A DNA stretch of 64,000 nucleotides from Candidatus Poribacteria bacterium. GTDB lineage: Bacteria > Poribacteria > WGA-4E > WGA-3G. Positions 1 to 9,600 of this stretch are shown here, one piece after another. The DNA lies in the NCBI GenBank assembly GCA_965205015.1, contig OZ242029.1, positions 4,960,001 to 5,024,000 of the forward strand. The letters are read 5' to 3'. The notes below the pieces were generated by a model. It was not told the origin of the DNA. It saw only the letters and a list, made by a program, of their open reading frames with translations, and made no database searches. The translations under genes were made by a program, and so were the position numbers. Within the stretch, counting starts at the first letter, position 1. Every line of letters begins with the position of its first letter.

Positions 1-1
1 C

Positions 2-322
2 TTCAATGAGATAGCCTTTGCAGCAACGACCGTCTATGTGTCAACAGATGCTGGCGTCTTGAGTTCACAAACCGGCGAACACTGGCGCGTGCTCACCAAT
101 AGCGTGAGAGCACACACTATTATAGATAGATTTGCAGTAGAAGGCACGAAAGTTTATGGTATCGGCGATGCAGGCATCTATCATTTGGACGCTCGTCGTC
201 AATGGAAACGGGTTGCTTCAGATGTGCCAGATGAAATCAATGCGCTCGCTATTGCTAACAATAAGCTCTATAGTGCTACCGAAGATCGGGGGATATTGCA
301 CATCTCACTTGACGAAGAATAG
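2..322 (+). CDS. 3' end of a beta-propeller repeat protein (Ycf48/BNR/WD40-like), truncated by the window edge
   Basis: Frame is open from position 2 (FNEIAFAATTVYVSTDAG...). Blade-like motifs VYVSTDAGVLSS..GEHW, VYGIGDAGIYH and LYSATEDRGILH. Confidence 0.6.
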   Translation, partial: FNEIAFAATTVYVSTDAGVLSSQTGEHWRVLTNSVRAHTIIDRFAVEGTKVYGIGDAGIYHLDARRQWKRVASDVPDEINALAIANNKLYSATEDRGILHISLDEE

Positions 323-344
323 TAGTGTTCCGAAGGAACAATAG

Positions 345-615
345 CTTTTCACAAGTATATTTAGAATCAGTTATGTCCTTTGCTTGATAAGAAACAAGTC
401 GTGATTATGGATAATGCGTCCTTCCACAAGGGATCAAAGACGGCGCGGTTGGTTGCGGAAGCAGGTGCGAGTTTGTTATTTTTAGCACCGTATTTTCCGG
501 AGTTGAACCCGATTGAGAAAGACTTCGCTAACATTCATCGACAGTATCAATACAACCCCGGAACATCTATTGAGCAAATCATAAAAGTGTATAACTAATC
601 ATCGGCTTTACTATA
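345..615 (+). mobile_element. IS630-family transposase remnant (C-terminal DDE fragment) with its right terminal repeat
   Basis: ORF 380-598 carries VVIMDNASFHK and LFLAPYFPELNPIEK (DDE_3-type motifs). The N-terminal part is missing. The element ends in TCGGCTTTACTATA (602-615). Confidence 0.85.
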
Positions 616-634
616 ATACGGCTAAAGGAGTAAC

Positions 635-1333
635 ATGATGAAATCTTTGCTGATTGGATTGGGCATTTTTCTCTTTACTTTCTCTGGTTGGACAGGAACA
701 TTTGTGGAGACCTTCGATGACAACGGAGATATTGAAAAGTGGCAAGAATTGATTATTCCTGGTGCAGAGCCGGGTTCTTGGAAGATTATTGATGGCGAAC
801 TTCATGCAACAAGTCCTGAGGGTTTCACTCGTTTCCTTGTGACCGGGGATGAAAGGTGGCAAGATTACGTCATTGAAGTTGATGTTAAGCCGCTCGAAAA
901 ACACGGGCTTGGAAATATCGCGATTGCCGCGCGGGTTAAGGGAACTTGGGCGGTAGGCGGTGCAATTGGCGATCTACCTTTCCCTGTACCTGTACCAATC
1001 GCGACTTGTTTTGTCGGAGATTTTGAGCGTAAGAAATTTAATATCCTCGGCTTTGGAGCCAGTCCATTATTAGAATTAGAGCAGTGGTCTACTCTGAAGT
1101 TGAGGGTTGATGGAAATACCTTTACCTTCTGGCTAAATAATGAGCAAATTCTGGAAACCGTAAATGAGGAAGCTGACTTACTCACAGGGGGAGTAGGTTT
1201 AGGTCTGGCTAATTATACAGCGCGCTTTGATAATATGGTAATTACTGGCAACGGTATCCCAAACAAGGGTAAATTATCAGTAGCACCTCAGGCGAAACTC
1301 GCTACGACGTGGGGACAGTTGAAGCGGTTTTAG
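635..1333 (+). CDS. Secreted DUF1080/concanavalin-like domain protein with C-terminal KLATTW tail
   Basis: Signal peptide; motifs FVETFDD, WKIIDGEL, WQDYVIEVDV and GGVGLG..ARFDN; ends SVAPQAKLATTWGQLKRF; RBS AAGGAG upstream. Confidence 0.75.
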   Translation: MMKSLLIGLGIFLFTFSGWTGTFVETFDDNGDIEKWQELIIPGAEPGSWKIIDGELHATSPEGFTRFLVTGDERWQDYVIEVDVKPLEKHGLGNIAIAARVKGTWAVGGAIGDLPFPVPVPIATCFVGDFERKKFNILGFGASPLLELEQWSTLKLRVDGNTFTFWLNNEQILETVNEEADLLTGGVGLGLANYTARFDNMVITGNGIPNKGKLSVAPQAKLATTWGQLKRF

Positions 1334-1593
1334 AGAAACAGAATGACGGATAGCCCTGCTAAAATCTCCAACCCAGACACATCATCTCCACAAATTCAGG
1401 GACGATAGCAGATTGTATATCGCTGAAATTTTGTGTGTTAGGTTTTTATTAGGTATTGTAGCAGGATACTTCTGGTGATTGGGAGTCCATAGATAATTGC
1501 AGGGAACGTATAGACGGCGACCAGCGTGAATTTTATGACATCGGATGGGAACTTGAAAACGGAGAACTTGAAAGTGAGTGGAGGTACGGTGTT

Positions 1594-1737
1594 ATGGCAG
1601 AAAGAGTGATTGTTGTCACTCGAATTGGACGGATAGGTGGCTTATGGATATTTCCTGCTCTCGGCCTGATCTTGGGTTTTTCACAAGAGATCCCCAATCT
1701 TCGGGGATTGCCTCAAGAAACGGAGGAATTACTTTGA
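1594..1737 (+). CDS. Possible 47-aa small ORF with a hydrophobic core (or part of a pseudogene)
   Basis: GGAGG lies 9 nt before ATG1594. Translation MAERVIVVTRIGRIGGLWIFPALGLILGFSQEIPNLRGLPQETEELL. Confidence 0.25.
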   Translation: MAERVIVVTRIGRIGGLWIFPALGLILGFSQEIPNLRGLPQETEELL

Positions 1738-1875
1738 CATCCCGAACGCAAAAATAGCAGTGGGCACTCGCAGTCCTCTTACTCTATCGTACAATTCATT
1801 TTTCCAATTTTAAGTGATTTTTTTTAAAACCTGCGGATTAAACCCCGTAGGTTTTATTTTTATTGGAGCGAAAAA

Positions 1876-3717
1876 ATGGATAGCAACAACACACATTCCC
1901 CTAACACAGCATCAGAAACTCGTCCGTCCGCGCTAAAGACGTTGCGCCGTTTTTTCTTTGTGTCGTGGCGAGTGAGTCCATTCGGAGCCATCGCGCAGGC
2001 ACTTTTGACACTCATCCACGGACTTATCCCTATTGGTATCCTCTGGGCAAGCCGGGGGCTGGTGAACCTCATCACAGCCATCCTTGCGCAGGAGGCAGAA
2101 CCCAGCTTAGAGACCGCAGCACCTTGGGTGATTGCACTCGTCCTTTTGGCGACGCTCAGAAATATCAGTGGCACTTATGACGGCTACCTGCGATGGAAGA
2201 TGCAGAACCGTATTAAAGTCCATCAACAGCACGCCTTGATTGAAGCTGCGACACATATCGACTTCGCCCTGTTCGATCAGCCGCAAACCTACGATCTGAT
2301 ACAACGGGCGCGACAGGCACTGGACCATCGACTCACCAATTTTCTGCGGTTTCTCACGGAGATCGGACAACTCTGCGTAACACTCGTGGGATACGGTGTT
2401 CTCCTCTGGATCGCGGATCCGCTGCTCGTGCTTGTGGTGGTGTTGCCCGCAATCCCTTCGGCTTGGTTCAAAGTTAAAACAGCCGAGAAGCGATACATCT
2501 ACGATTACCATACAACCCCCGTCCGTCGTATGATGGATTACATGATCGGTCTACTCCTCGGTTCATCATCTGCACAGGAGGTCCGACTCTATGGACTCTT
2601 TGATCGCTTTTTTGGACGCTGGCGTACAAACCATCGTCAATGGCGGAAAGAATCCGTTTCAATGATTTGGACGGAAATAAGAGCCTCTATCGGCATAACG
2701 ATCGCCGAAATCGTTGCTTATGCGATAGCAATCGGTATACTTGCGGCGCGCATTGTAGACGGTGATCTCACACTCGGAGATTACGTTGTGCTTACCGGTG
2801 CAGCGGCAACCTTTCAAGGAAATATGGAGGGCTTGCTGGGAAGCATACAAAGCATATTTGTAGACCTACCCCTGCTTCGCGACTTGCATTTCTTCTTGGC
2901 GCGCGCGGAAAAGACGCGCACACAGGCAGGCACTGAAACATTTCCGAAGCCCTTACAACAAGGCGTGGAGGTTCGTAATTTACGCTTCCGATACCCACAG
3001 GCAACCGACGATGTACTACAGGACATAAACTTTCACGTGCGTCCCGGGGAAGTCGTGAGCATCGTGGGTGTCAATGGTGCGGGAAAATCGACACTCATCA
3101 AATTGCTGCTCGGTCTCTACCAACCCGATGACGGAACAATCCGCTATGATGGCGTAGATGCGGCATCAATTGCGCCAGAACAGATTTCCCTTAACTGTGC
3201 CGCTGTTTTCCAAGATTTCACGCGGTTCCGTCGACCCGTGCGGGAGGAACTCGTGCCGGGACCGCCGGGTCTCCAGATTGACGACGATACGCTCTGGCGC
3301 GTCATCAACGCCGTTGGCATTGAGGACCGTTTTCAAACGCTTCCACACGGCTTAGATACATATCTTGACCCTTCCCTCGGCGAAGAGGGAGAGGGTGCCG
3401 AGTTATCCGGCGGAGAATGGCAAAAAGTTGCGCTTGCGCGGGCTTTGGCACGAAACCCGCAAGTCCTCGTCCTCGATGAACCGACCGCTGCCTTGGATCC
3501 GCAAGCCGAAGTTGAACTCTACCAACGTTTTGTCGAACTCGCAGCAGGTAGAATGACGTTCCTGATTTCACACCGAATCGGATCCGCCCGTCTTGCCGAT
3601 CGTATCTTGGTATTGGATGCAGGTCGTATTGTTGAAGACGGCACACATGAGACGTTGCTTGCCAAGGATGGACGCTACGCCCAATTCTTTAGAGCACAGG
3701 CGCACTGGTATCAGTAG
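1876..3717 (+). CDS. ABC exporter, fused permease/ATPase (MdlB-like, peptide-export type)
   Basis: N-terminal TM region; Walker A GVNGAGKST; signature LSGGEWQ; Walker B VLVLDEPT; H-loop ISHR. Confidence 0.93.
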   Translation: MDSNNTHSPNTASETRPSALKTLRRFFFVSWRVSPFGAIAQALLTLIHGLIPIGILWASRGLVNLITAILAQEAEPSLETAAPWVIALVLLATLRNISGTYDGYLRWKMQNRIKVHQQHALIEAATHIDFALFDQPQTYDLIQRARQALDHRLTNFLRFLTEIGQLCVTLVGYGVLLWIADPLLVLVVVLPAIPSAWFKVKTAEKRYIYDYHTTPVRRMMDYMIGLLLGSSSAQEVRLYGLFDRFFGRWRTNHRQWRKESVSMIWTEIRASIGITIAEIVAYAIAIGILAARIVDGDLTLGDYVVLTGAAATFQGNMEGLLGSIQSIFVDLPLLRDLHFFLARAEKTRTQAGTETFPKPLQQGVEVRNLRFRYPQATDDVLQDINFHVRPGEVVSIVGVNGAGKSTLIKLLLGLYQPDDGTIRYDGVDAASIAPEQISLNCAAVFQDFTRFRRPVREELVPGPPGLQIDDDTLWRVINAVGIEDRFQTLPHGLDTYLDPSLGEEGEGAELSGGEWQKVALARALARNPQVLVLDEPTAALDPQAEVELYQRFVELAAGRMTFLISHRIGSARLADRILVLDAGRIVEDGTHETLLAKDGRYAQFFRAQAHWYQ

Positions 3718-3777
3718 AAATTGCTCACAAGAATGGGACCCGTCTGTTCTGATCAAACCGTAAGGAAGAATTAAAAA

Positions 3778-5625
3778 ATGCGAAACGTTAAAGAAACATT
3801 GAAGACATGGGGATCCGTCGTTAAGGAAAGCGTCGTCGCCTATATCCGAACCTTTTCGATCACTTGGCAGAACGGTTCATTCGCACTCTTGGGTGTGTTG
3901 CTCCTCACGCTGTTGCTCGGTATTGTGCCTGCTGCTCAGTTTTTTGTGACGGAACGTTTAGTCAACGCAATCACTGCCGCTATAGGTGATGCCGACTGGT
4001 GGAAACAGGTCGTTCCGTGGTTGATAGGTTTGATCGGTTTGCAAATTCTTAGCATTTTTGTCGATCATTTACGGGAACCGCTGCGTCTTCACGTCGGCGC
4101 CAACATTGAGACATGGATGAATGAAAATATCGTACGGACATCCAATACAATAGAGCTGACTGAATTCCAGACCCCAGAATTTCAAAACGCGCTGGCGCGA
4201 GCACGTGCAATGTCGGGTATAGAACTCGATGAGATTGTCTGGTGGATTTTTGACAGCCTCCAACAATTAGTCAGTGCCGTTACCCTCGGTATCGTCCTCT
4301 GGCGTTATCATCCGTTGCTGGCACTGCTCCCTATGATCACAGGCTTCGCTTCTTGGTGGAGCGGTTCACGTTTTGCTGCCAGTGCTTACAATCTTGATGT
4401 AGAACAGACACCGCAACGACGGGAACGAGATGCATTAGAAGGAATTCTGACGGATCGCGGTGCCGGCAAAGAAATTCGGTTATACCAAGCACAGGACCTA
4501 TGGATAACGCGCTGGCGAAATTTATGGACGGCGTTAATAGATGAACAACAGGTAATTGAACGCCGCAAATTCTTCGCACACCTTGCGATCGACATCGCAC
4601 GCGGGTTGTTATACGCGTGTTCGCTCATCCTCTTACTGCTGGAAGTCTTTCGTGGTGGATTGACTGTCGGCACCTATATTGCCGCTGCTGCCGCCCTCGT
4701 TCAATTGGATGGTATTTGGAACGAGATTACCGGTTATTTTCAGTGGATAGGAAATGAGATGCGTCGTTTGTCGGGAGACCTGTACCCATTTTTAGATCGC
4801 GGCTTAGACACAATCAAAGCAAAGATAGGCGGCGAACACCCTTCAGAATCTCACACGAATCCATTCCAGACCCCTGAAGAACCCCCATATCTTCGGATAG
4901 AAAATGTTTCGTTCCTTTATCCACATACGCAAGTCCCTGTGTTAAATCACATAAACGTGACTTTGAAAAAAGGGGAGCGAGTCGCATTGGTAGGACCCAA
5001 CGGGGCAGGGAAAACGACCCTGGCACGCGTGCTGTTGGGACTCTATCGTCCACAGACAGGCACAATTCACGTAGGGGATGTCCCATTAGACGAAGAGAAT
5101 CGTCAAGCGTGGTTGACGCATTGCAGTGCTGTTTTTCAGGACTTCACCAGCTACCACCTCACCGCCCGGGAAAACATTATCTTTGGAGATTTAGAACATC
5201 CCGAACGTATGGAAGAGGCATCAATTGCGGGTGGCGCAGCTTCGGTTGTTGAAGGACTCACAGAAAGTTATGAGACAATGCTCGGTCCCACTTTTGGCGG
5301 GCGCGACCTCTCCGGCGGTGAATGGCAGCGTCTCGCAACAGCCCGGAGTTTCATGCGGGAAACCCCATGGCTTGTTGTCCTCGATGAACCGACTGCTGCG
5401 CTCGATCCACTCGCTGAACAGGCGATCTATGAACGATTTATCGAACGGAGTGCAGAACGCACATCGGTGTTAATTTCGCACCGTCTCTCCTCTGTACGCA
5501 CCTGCGATCGGATTCTTGTCATCGATAACGGGACAATTGTTGAGGATGGGGACCATGAGACGCTGTTGGCAAGGGGCGGACTTTATGCCCAGTTTTTCAG
5601 AGCACAAGCGCAATGGTATCTTTAA
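3778..5625 (+). CDS. ABC exporter, fused permease/ATPase; paralogue and likely heterodimer partner of 1876-3717
   Basis: GPNGAGKTT, LSGGEWQR, VVLDEPT, ISHR; C-terminus YAQFFRAQAxWY shared with the upstream gene. Confidence 0.93.
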   Translation: MRNVKETLKTWGSVVKESVVAYIRTFSITWQNGSFALLGVLLLTLLLGIVPAAQFFVTERLVNAITAAIGDADWWKQVVPWLIGLIGLQILSIFVDHLREPLRLHVGANIETWMNENIVRTSNTIELTEFQTPEFQNALARARAMSGIELDEIVWWIFDSLQQLVSAVTLGIVLWRYHPLLALLPMITGFASWWSGSRFAASAYNLDVEQTPQRRERDALEGILTDRGAGKEIRLYQAQDLWITRWRNLWTALIDEQQVIERRKFFAHLAIDIARGLLYACSLILLLLEVFRGGLTVGTYIAAAAALVQLDGIWNEITGYFQWIGNEMRRLSGDLYPFLDRGLDTIKAKIGGEHPSESHTNPFQTPEEPPYLRIENVSFLYPHTQVPVLNHINVTLKKGERVALVGPNGAGKTTLARVLLGLYRPQTGTIHVGDVPLDEENRQAWLTHCSAVFQDFTSYHLTARENIIFGDLEHPERMEEASIAGGAASVVEGLTESYETMLGPTFGGRDLSGGEWQRLATARSFMRETPWLVVLDEPTAALDPLAEQAIYERFIERSAERTSVLISHRLSSVRTCDRILVIDNGTIVEDGDHETLLARGGLYAQFFRAQAQWYL

Positions 5626-5692
5626 TTTTACCTTGCGGATCAGGAAAGTGAGTTAGGATTTTAACGTTTTTCGTGTTCGAGTCGAAGAAACA
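5623..5692 (+). repeat. Dispersed intergenic element (TAATTTTACCTTGCGG family) starting at the stop codon
   Basis: TAATTTTACCTTGCGGAT...TTAAYGTTTTTCGTGTTCGAGTYGAAGAAA is shared with the minus-strand copy at ~24000-24066. Confidence 0.75.
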
Positions 5693-6574
5693 CTACTCCG
5701 ATTTAAGGTTCTCCGCTAAGATTTCAATCAGTTCCGCTAAGGTTGGAAATTCGTCACGTGCTTCAGGTGGAAGATCCGCGAGGTGTGTGTCTCCGATGAA
5801 ACGATACATGTCCGCCGCGCCTGTTAAGATGTTCGGTGTCAATCCGACATGCGCAAAGGTTGCCGAAATCTCTTCCATCTCACCGATCCAGCGTCTCGCT
5901 TTCGGTGGCATGCTCGGCAGCCCTTTTTCCATCCGCTCAAAAAGTGCCGATTGACTCAACTGAAACTCCGCAGTGAGTGCCTCCGAAACCCCTAACACGG
6001 ACGCCGCTGTGAGCAATTCGGTGCAGAGCGCGGTTATCCCCTTTGTCAAAGAGGCATAGCACATTTTAATCGCAGAGGCGAGTCCTACCTCCGCACCGAG
6101 AGCCCGCACATCTAACCCATGATTGTTGAGTTCTGAAAACAGGTCAAGGTCGGGTCCGGATGCGTAGAAACGGGTCGCGCCTGGCGTCCGAGGGGGTGGA
6201 CCGATAATGGACGCATCAACGAACGTTCCACCTGCTGAGGTGATGACCTCTCCCAATTTACGCACTGTTTGTGGCGCGATGGCGTTGCAATCGGTGTATG
6301 TTAATGTCGTGTCCACCTGCTGCAGTGTTTCTGCGACGATAGACGCAGCGGATATCGCCTGTGCAGGCACCATGATTGAGAGGATAAGATCGGCTTCGGT
6401 GACGAACTGTGGATAGGTCAGCACGTCCACAATGCCTGCCTTCTCAGCAAGCTGCCGGGTGCGTTGACTCCTTCCCTCCAGACAGGTGATGACACGTAAA
6501 CCATTTTGACGAAGCACATCTCCGACGGTGTGCCCCATATCACCGGGGCTTAAAATTCCAACAGTGCTGAGCAT
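5693..6574 (-). CDS. NAD(P)-dependent oxidoreductase, beta-hydroxyacid/6-phosphogluconate dehydrogenase-like with DUF1932-type C-terminus
   Basis: VGILSPGDMG Rossmann motif; DASIIGPPP; ASAIKMCYA; KARRWIGEMEEI. Confidence 0.85.
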   Translation of the reverse strand: MLSTVGILSPGDMGHTVGDVLRQNGLRVITCLEGRSQRTRQLAEKAGIVDVLTYPQFVTEADLILSIMVPAQAISAASIVAETLQQVDTTLTYTDCNAIAPQTVRKLGEVITSAGGTFVDASIIGPPPRTPGATRFYASGPDLDLFSELNNHGLDVRALGAEVGLASAIKMCYASLTKGITALCTELLTAASVLGVSEALTAEFQLSQSALFERMEKGLPSMPPKARRWIGEMEEISATFAHVGLTPNILTGAADMYRFIGDTHLADLPPEARDEFPTLAELIEILAENLKSE

Positions 6575-6617
6575 AGATGACCTCTCCTCTCTTTTTCAAC
6601 ATAACTTACACAATATC

Positions 6618-6903
6618 TATCTTCAGGACTTACGCAAAATCAGCGGATTCGGTTTATATGACGCAATCGGTGCGGTTAGATGAAGATTAATTTTTTAATT
6701 CGGTAATATGCGGGCAGGCACAAGACCTGCCCCTACAAGGTCTTTTTTGGGATAGGTCGGTAATATGCGGACAGGCACAAGACCTGGGGAAACACCCAAG
6801 CAAAAACCCCCTACAATGTCTTTTTTGGGATAGGATTACCGAAATATTTATTTAAACTCCATGAAACCGCACCTACCGCGGAAGTGCGTCAGTCCTATAT
6901 CTT
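6618..6903. mobile_element. Nested MITE/REP composite with a 6-bp target-site duplication
   Basis: TATCTT at 6618-6623 and 6898-6903; outer TIRs CAGGACTTACGCA / TGCGTCAGTCCTA; inner 28-bp imperfect TIRs; two tandem REP-bearing units. Confidence 0.8.
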
Positions 6904-7948
6904 AAATGTGAATGCCGACGGTGTTAATTGCCTTGAATACTAATACTGCACCGAGCAGAATAACGACGGCAGCACTCATAATCGGTAGGCGTTGTAGCCA
7001 AATGCCTTCGCCCGTAAACCGCTGAATCAACGGTTTTGCCATCACCATCAGAATACCGATCGCAACCAACACGGCAGCAAGCCCGAACGAGAAAGCACAG
7101 AGGATAATTAAGCCCCACACGAGTTTGTTGAGACTAATGGCGAATAGGAGTCCAATGAGTGCATCGACGCAGGGCACGATACCCCCAGAGATACCGAGCG
7201 ATAGTAAACCCCAAAAACCTGTCCGCTCTGGAGGTGCATGACTATGCGTCCGCCCACCATGACTGTGTGTATGCGCGTGGTCATCTGAATGTCCAGGGTC
7301 ATCATCATGTGAATGGTCATGTGAGTGGTTGTCGTGTCCGTGATCGTGGTCGTCTGCATGCGAAGGGTCGTGGTCATGTGAATGATCGTGATCGTGATCG
7401 TGTGAGTGCCCGTGATCATGGTCATGCGGATGGGGTGTATGACTATGACCGCGGCTGTGCACGCCACCGCTGTAATACTGCTTCATGTTTCTGGCAAGCA
7501 GCCACGCCCCGATACCAACAATTAAGACGCCAGAGAACAGGCTCAACCACGGAACGATATCCTCCGGTGCAAACTCTTGTGCTACCAACATGACGACGCC
7601 GAGTGCTATAACACTGAAGGTATGCGTAAAGGTAACGACAAGCCCAAGGAAAACCGCGTCAATGACCCTGCCTTTAGAACCGACGAGGTAGGCAGCCACT
7701 ATGGCTTTTCCGTGTCCGGGTGTTAAAGCATGCAATCCTCCTAACACAAACGAAACAACAAGAGCAACAATTGCCAATTGAAGCGTGAGCGGTTGGTTTA
7801 TCAACTCTTTTATCCGGTCGCCTGAATGCTCATGCCCCTCATCAGCAAAAACGAATGCGCACGCCATAACACCGATAAAAATAATGCTAACTTGCAAGAC
7901 GCGCTTGCAAGTTACACTGCTAAAACAGAGATAAAGTTTCTTCAACAC
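6902..7948 (-). CDS. Nickel/cobalt transporter, RcnA-like (NicO family), with a long His/Asp-rich loop
   Basis: GGLHALTPGHGKAIVAAYL, VTFTHT and GGIVPC motifs; ~75-aa His-rich cytoplasmic loop. Confidence 0.88.
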   Translation of the reverse strand: MLKKLYLCFSSVTCKRVLQVSIIFIGVMACAFVFADEGHEHSGDRIKELINQPLTLQLAIVALVVSFVLGGLHALTPGHGKAIVAAYLVGSKGRVIDAVFLGLVVTFTHTFSVIALGVVMLVAQEFAPEDIVPWLSLFSGVLIVGIGAWLLARNMKQYYSGGVHSRGHSHTPHPHDHDHGHSHDHDHDHSHDHDPSHADDHDHGHDNHSHDHSHDDDPGHSDDHAHTHSHGGRTHSHAPPERTGFWGLLSLGISGGIVPCVDALIGLLFAISLNKLVWGLIILCAFSFGLAAVLVAIGILMVMAKPLIQRFTGEGIWLQRLPIMSAAVVILLGAVLVFKAINTVGIHI

Positions 7949-7951
7949 TTA

Positions 7952-8800
7952 TTAAATCCTTGCGAATTTCTGGAAACGTCTATCAGCGACAACTTCACTG
8001 ACATAGATATTCCCGTTTGAATCGATCCAGATACCGTGTGGGGAATCACTGAACTGTCCGGGGGCATCTCCCTTCTCGCCCCACCGTCCGATGACTTCAC
8101 CCTCAAGCGTCATGATGCTGATGCGCTGCCCACCTTCAGCGATGTGAATGATATTATCACTATCAATGAAGAGATCGTTCGGGGAACGCAGGTCTGTCCA
8201 CTCCGTCAAGTATTCGCCGTTGTTGTTAAAAATCTGACAACGAAGGTTTCCACGATCGAGAATATAGACGCGGTCGTTGTGGTCGACCGTAACATCATGC
8301 GGGAGGTTAAATTCACCAGGTCCCGTGCCGGGTGCGCCCCATGAGACGATAACCTCGCCATCGGCAGTCATTCGGTGCACTCGCGACTGTCCGTAGCCAT
8401 CAGAGACGTACATCTCCCCAGATGTTGAAAGGACAGCACGTGTCGGTTCATTAAAAGGTCCCCCCGGTGCGCCGGGTTGGTTGACAGTGCCGAACGTCTC
8501 TAACAACTCCCCATCCAGCGAAAATTTTCGCACCGTATGATCGACGGTGTCTGTGGTATAGATTTCATCGTCGGGGCTGATCCAGATCCCGTGGGGTTTC
8601 TGAAAGATATCCTTGCCCCATTCCGTTACGAAGGTGCCATCCGCCTCAAAAACGAGCATAGCGGGTTGCGGACTCCGATTATAGACATAGACCCTGTCAT
8701 TCGAGTCACACGCGACGCCGGAAACGAGCCCGAGTTGCGGAATCATCCCCCACCCTTCCACGACTTCATACTGATAATCACCTGTTCCAAAAGATGCCAT
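7952..8800 (-). CDS. NHL-repeat beta-propeller (peptidyl-alpha-hydroxyglycine lyase-like family)
   Basis: Repeated PHGIWI, YVSDGYGQSRVH and WGAPGTGPGEFNLPHD motifs. Confidence 0.85.
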   Translation of the reverse strand: MASFGTGDYQYEVVEGWGMIPQLGLVSGVACDSNDRVYVYNRSPQPAMLVFEADGTFVTEWGKDIFQKPHGIWISPDDEIYTTDTVDHTVRKFSLDGELLETFGTVNQPGAPGGPFNEPTRAVLSTSGEMYVSDGYGQSRVHRMTADGEVIVSWGAPGTGPGEFNLPHDVTVDHNDRVYILDRGNLRCQIFNNNGEYLTEWTDLRSPNDLFIDSDNIIHIAEGGQRISIMTLEGEVIGRWGEKGDAPGQFSDSPHGIWIDSNGNIYVSEVVADRRFQKFARI

Positions 8801-8811
8801 AATGATGCCTC

Positions 8812-9477
8812 CTATGCGTAATTGACCTTTGAGTGCTTAGCGACAATAGATTTCAGAATCTGTACGATACGTTCCGCTTCGAGAACACCGTTGTAGACAG
8901 GACCAAAGTCAATGTTGAGTGTCGGTTTTTCGGTCTCAATCTCGCTGACGACCCCGTGCACAAATGCCCAAGCGTCATTAACGGTATAGCATCCGAAAAT
9001 TTCTTGCTCGGGATTGGAGTTTCCTTTCCAATTGAGCCATGCAGCAGCGAGCATCTCGCCGTAGAGCTGATATTGTGGATCTGGGGCATTCACACCCCGT
9101 TTGGCTTCATGTACAATAAGATACGGTGTTCGAATTTTACCCCCAATAGAAGGGGCAAGGGCCCCATCAGCTTCGCCCTCCAATTCAAATGTTGGGTAAT
9201 GTGCTCGCAGTGGGACCCCTGCCCATGCTTGAATATGCCCTTGCTCTGCAAGGACCAACAACGGATAGATAGCACGCGCCCATAGGGTGGCTTCGTTCAT
9301 GAGTACTAGGTGGCGTCCATGCAAGAGAGATTTGAGATGGTTAAGTAACGTGATTTCTTCAGGCGCCAGAACATATGTCATTTCATCCCATTTGTCAGAC
9401 ACACCAGGGCATTCGTGCAGTATCACAAGGGCGTTGAGCGTTTCTTCGGTGAGTTGTGATAATGGATACGTTTGCAT
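8812..9477 (-). CDS. Putative PD-(D/E)xK restriction-endonuclease-like protein; paralogue of 32537-33205
   Basis: NEATL..RAIYPLL, GEADG, IVHEAKRG and QLYGEMLAA motifs. Start moved to ATG9477, which follows GGAGG. Confidence 0.6.
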   Translation of the reverse strand: MQTYPLSQLTEETLNALVILHECPGVSDKWDEMTYVLAPEEITLLNHLKSLLHGRHLVLMNEATLWARAIYPLLVLAEQGHIQAWAGVPLRAHYPTFELEGEADGALAPSIGGKIRTPYLIVHEAKRGVNAPDPQYQLYGEMLAAAWLNWKGNSNPEQEIFGCYTVNDAWAFVHGVVSEIETEKPTLNIDFGPVYNGVLEAERIVQILKSIVAKHSKVNYA

Positions 9478-9600
9478 CGCTGAAAACCTCCTTTGGGCAT
9501 GTTTCACAAGATACTTCATTTATTTTACAAGCATTTTGAGCGCACCTCATAAGGATTTCAAGTCTGATAATACCTAATTTTGGGATATATTGCAACGGTT

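Noticed and set aside
7230-7460. Tandem hexamer repeats and the alternate-frame ORFs 7108-7467 and 7159-7593
   Set aside because: Explained by the His/Asp loop of the transporter; the other frames are shadows.
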